DNA of 64,000 nucleotides from an uncultured Candidatus Saccharibacteria bacterium (GTDB lineage Bacteria; Patescibacteriota; Minisyncoccia; Phycocordibacterales; WO2-35-19), in contig CAZPQX010000001.1 of NCBI GenBank assembly GCA_964589445.1, positions 110,098 through 174,097 of the forward strand. The letters run 5' to 3'. Of this stretch, positions 63,774-64,000 are shown one piece after another (the first letter of the stretch is position 1; each line of letters begins with the position of its first letter). The position numbers and the translations under genes are program-made. The notes under the pieces are model-generated. The model had not been told where the DNA came from, did no database searches, and saw only the letters and a program-made list of their open reading frames with translations.

Positions 63774-64000
63774 ATGTTGAAAACAATTTTTGTTATACTC
63801 GTGGGGTGCATGACCGCATTCCACTTTCTCAAGAATGTGAGGTACTACAGCCGCAAAAACAGGATTGTGCTACCAATCCTATACACCACGAGCCTGGTAC
63901 TCCTGTGGCACCTTAGTCCCCTCTTCTTTGCCATCACAGCGGTAAAGACAGTGTTCTTTTGGGACCATGTATTGGAGACAAAATTCAACTACTATGGGAC
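63774..64000 (+). CDS. Partial CDS (runs off the window): hypothetical membrane protein
   Basis: ATG at 63774 followed by an open frame to the window edge; two hydrophobic segments. Confidence 0.3.
   Translation, partial: MLKTIFVILVGCMTAFHFLKNVRYYSRKNRIVLPILYTTSLVLLWHLSPLFFAITAVKTVFFWDHVLETKFNYYG

Noticed and set aside
1-64000. CRISPR arrays, rRNA genes, transposase/IS elements
   Set aside because: No array of regularly spaced direct repeats, no rRNA-like conserved blocks and no transposase-like ORF were seen; the only mobile-type signals are the MITE-like elements, the group I intron and the tyrosine recombinase.

Overview
The window is a 64-kb, low-GC stretch that looks like a Candidate Phyla Radiation (Patescibacteria) bacterial chromosome, read under the standard genetic code. 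It is dense with housekeeping genes, mostly on the minus strand. These include a type IV pilus block (two prepilin-like genes, pilC, pilB) and rpsO. A ribosomal protein run S14-S8-L6-L18-S5-L15-secY-adk-map-ndk has L15 directly after S5, with no L30 (the reported CPR signature), and uvrB where L5 would normally be. Further along are tgt and an FKBP isomerase, a dcw/mre block (mraZ-rsmH-ftsL-ftsI, class I lysyl-tRNA synthetase, greA, murF, PBP2, mreDCB), then proS, rseP, frr, a second mreB, a priA-like gene, def and fmt. The most interesting content sits on top of this backbone. (1) Short palindromic MITE-like elements with terminal inverted repeats are inserted in-frame into uvrB, tgt and fmt, and one copy doubles as the tig terminator, a situation analogous to Rickettsia palindromic elements. 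(2) A tRNA (probably Asn-GUU) is split in its anticodon loop by a roughly 595-nt group I intron that encodes an HNH homing endonuclease, and partial copies of the tRNA 3' end lie just downstream. (3) An intact tRNA-Glu(CUC) is preceded by two tRNA-like pseudo-copies disrupted by GC-rich hairpin insertions. It is followed by an AT-rich accessory island carrying two translationally coupled ORFs, each with an Rx4H (HEPN-type) motif, plus a membrane-anchored protein, a candidate abortive-infection/defence module. (4) Several high-GC gene islets interrupt the low-GC host DNA: a tyrosine-recombinase mini-island between rpsO and tig, and others at 27.6-28.5 kb, 34.4-36.05 kb and 57.5-57.7 kb. Two of these genes share an unusually conserved 45-nt start region and two share near-identical terminators. 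(5) Four tandem small hydrophobic peptide genes follow rny. (6) Other oddities include a LOG-PCD fusion, a PriA homolog with degenerate helicase motifs, a truncated HolB-like protein, a large beta-helix/PG-binding secreted protein and a soluble VirD4/TraG-like ATPase. No CRISPR array or rRNA gene was found.
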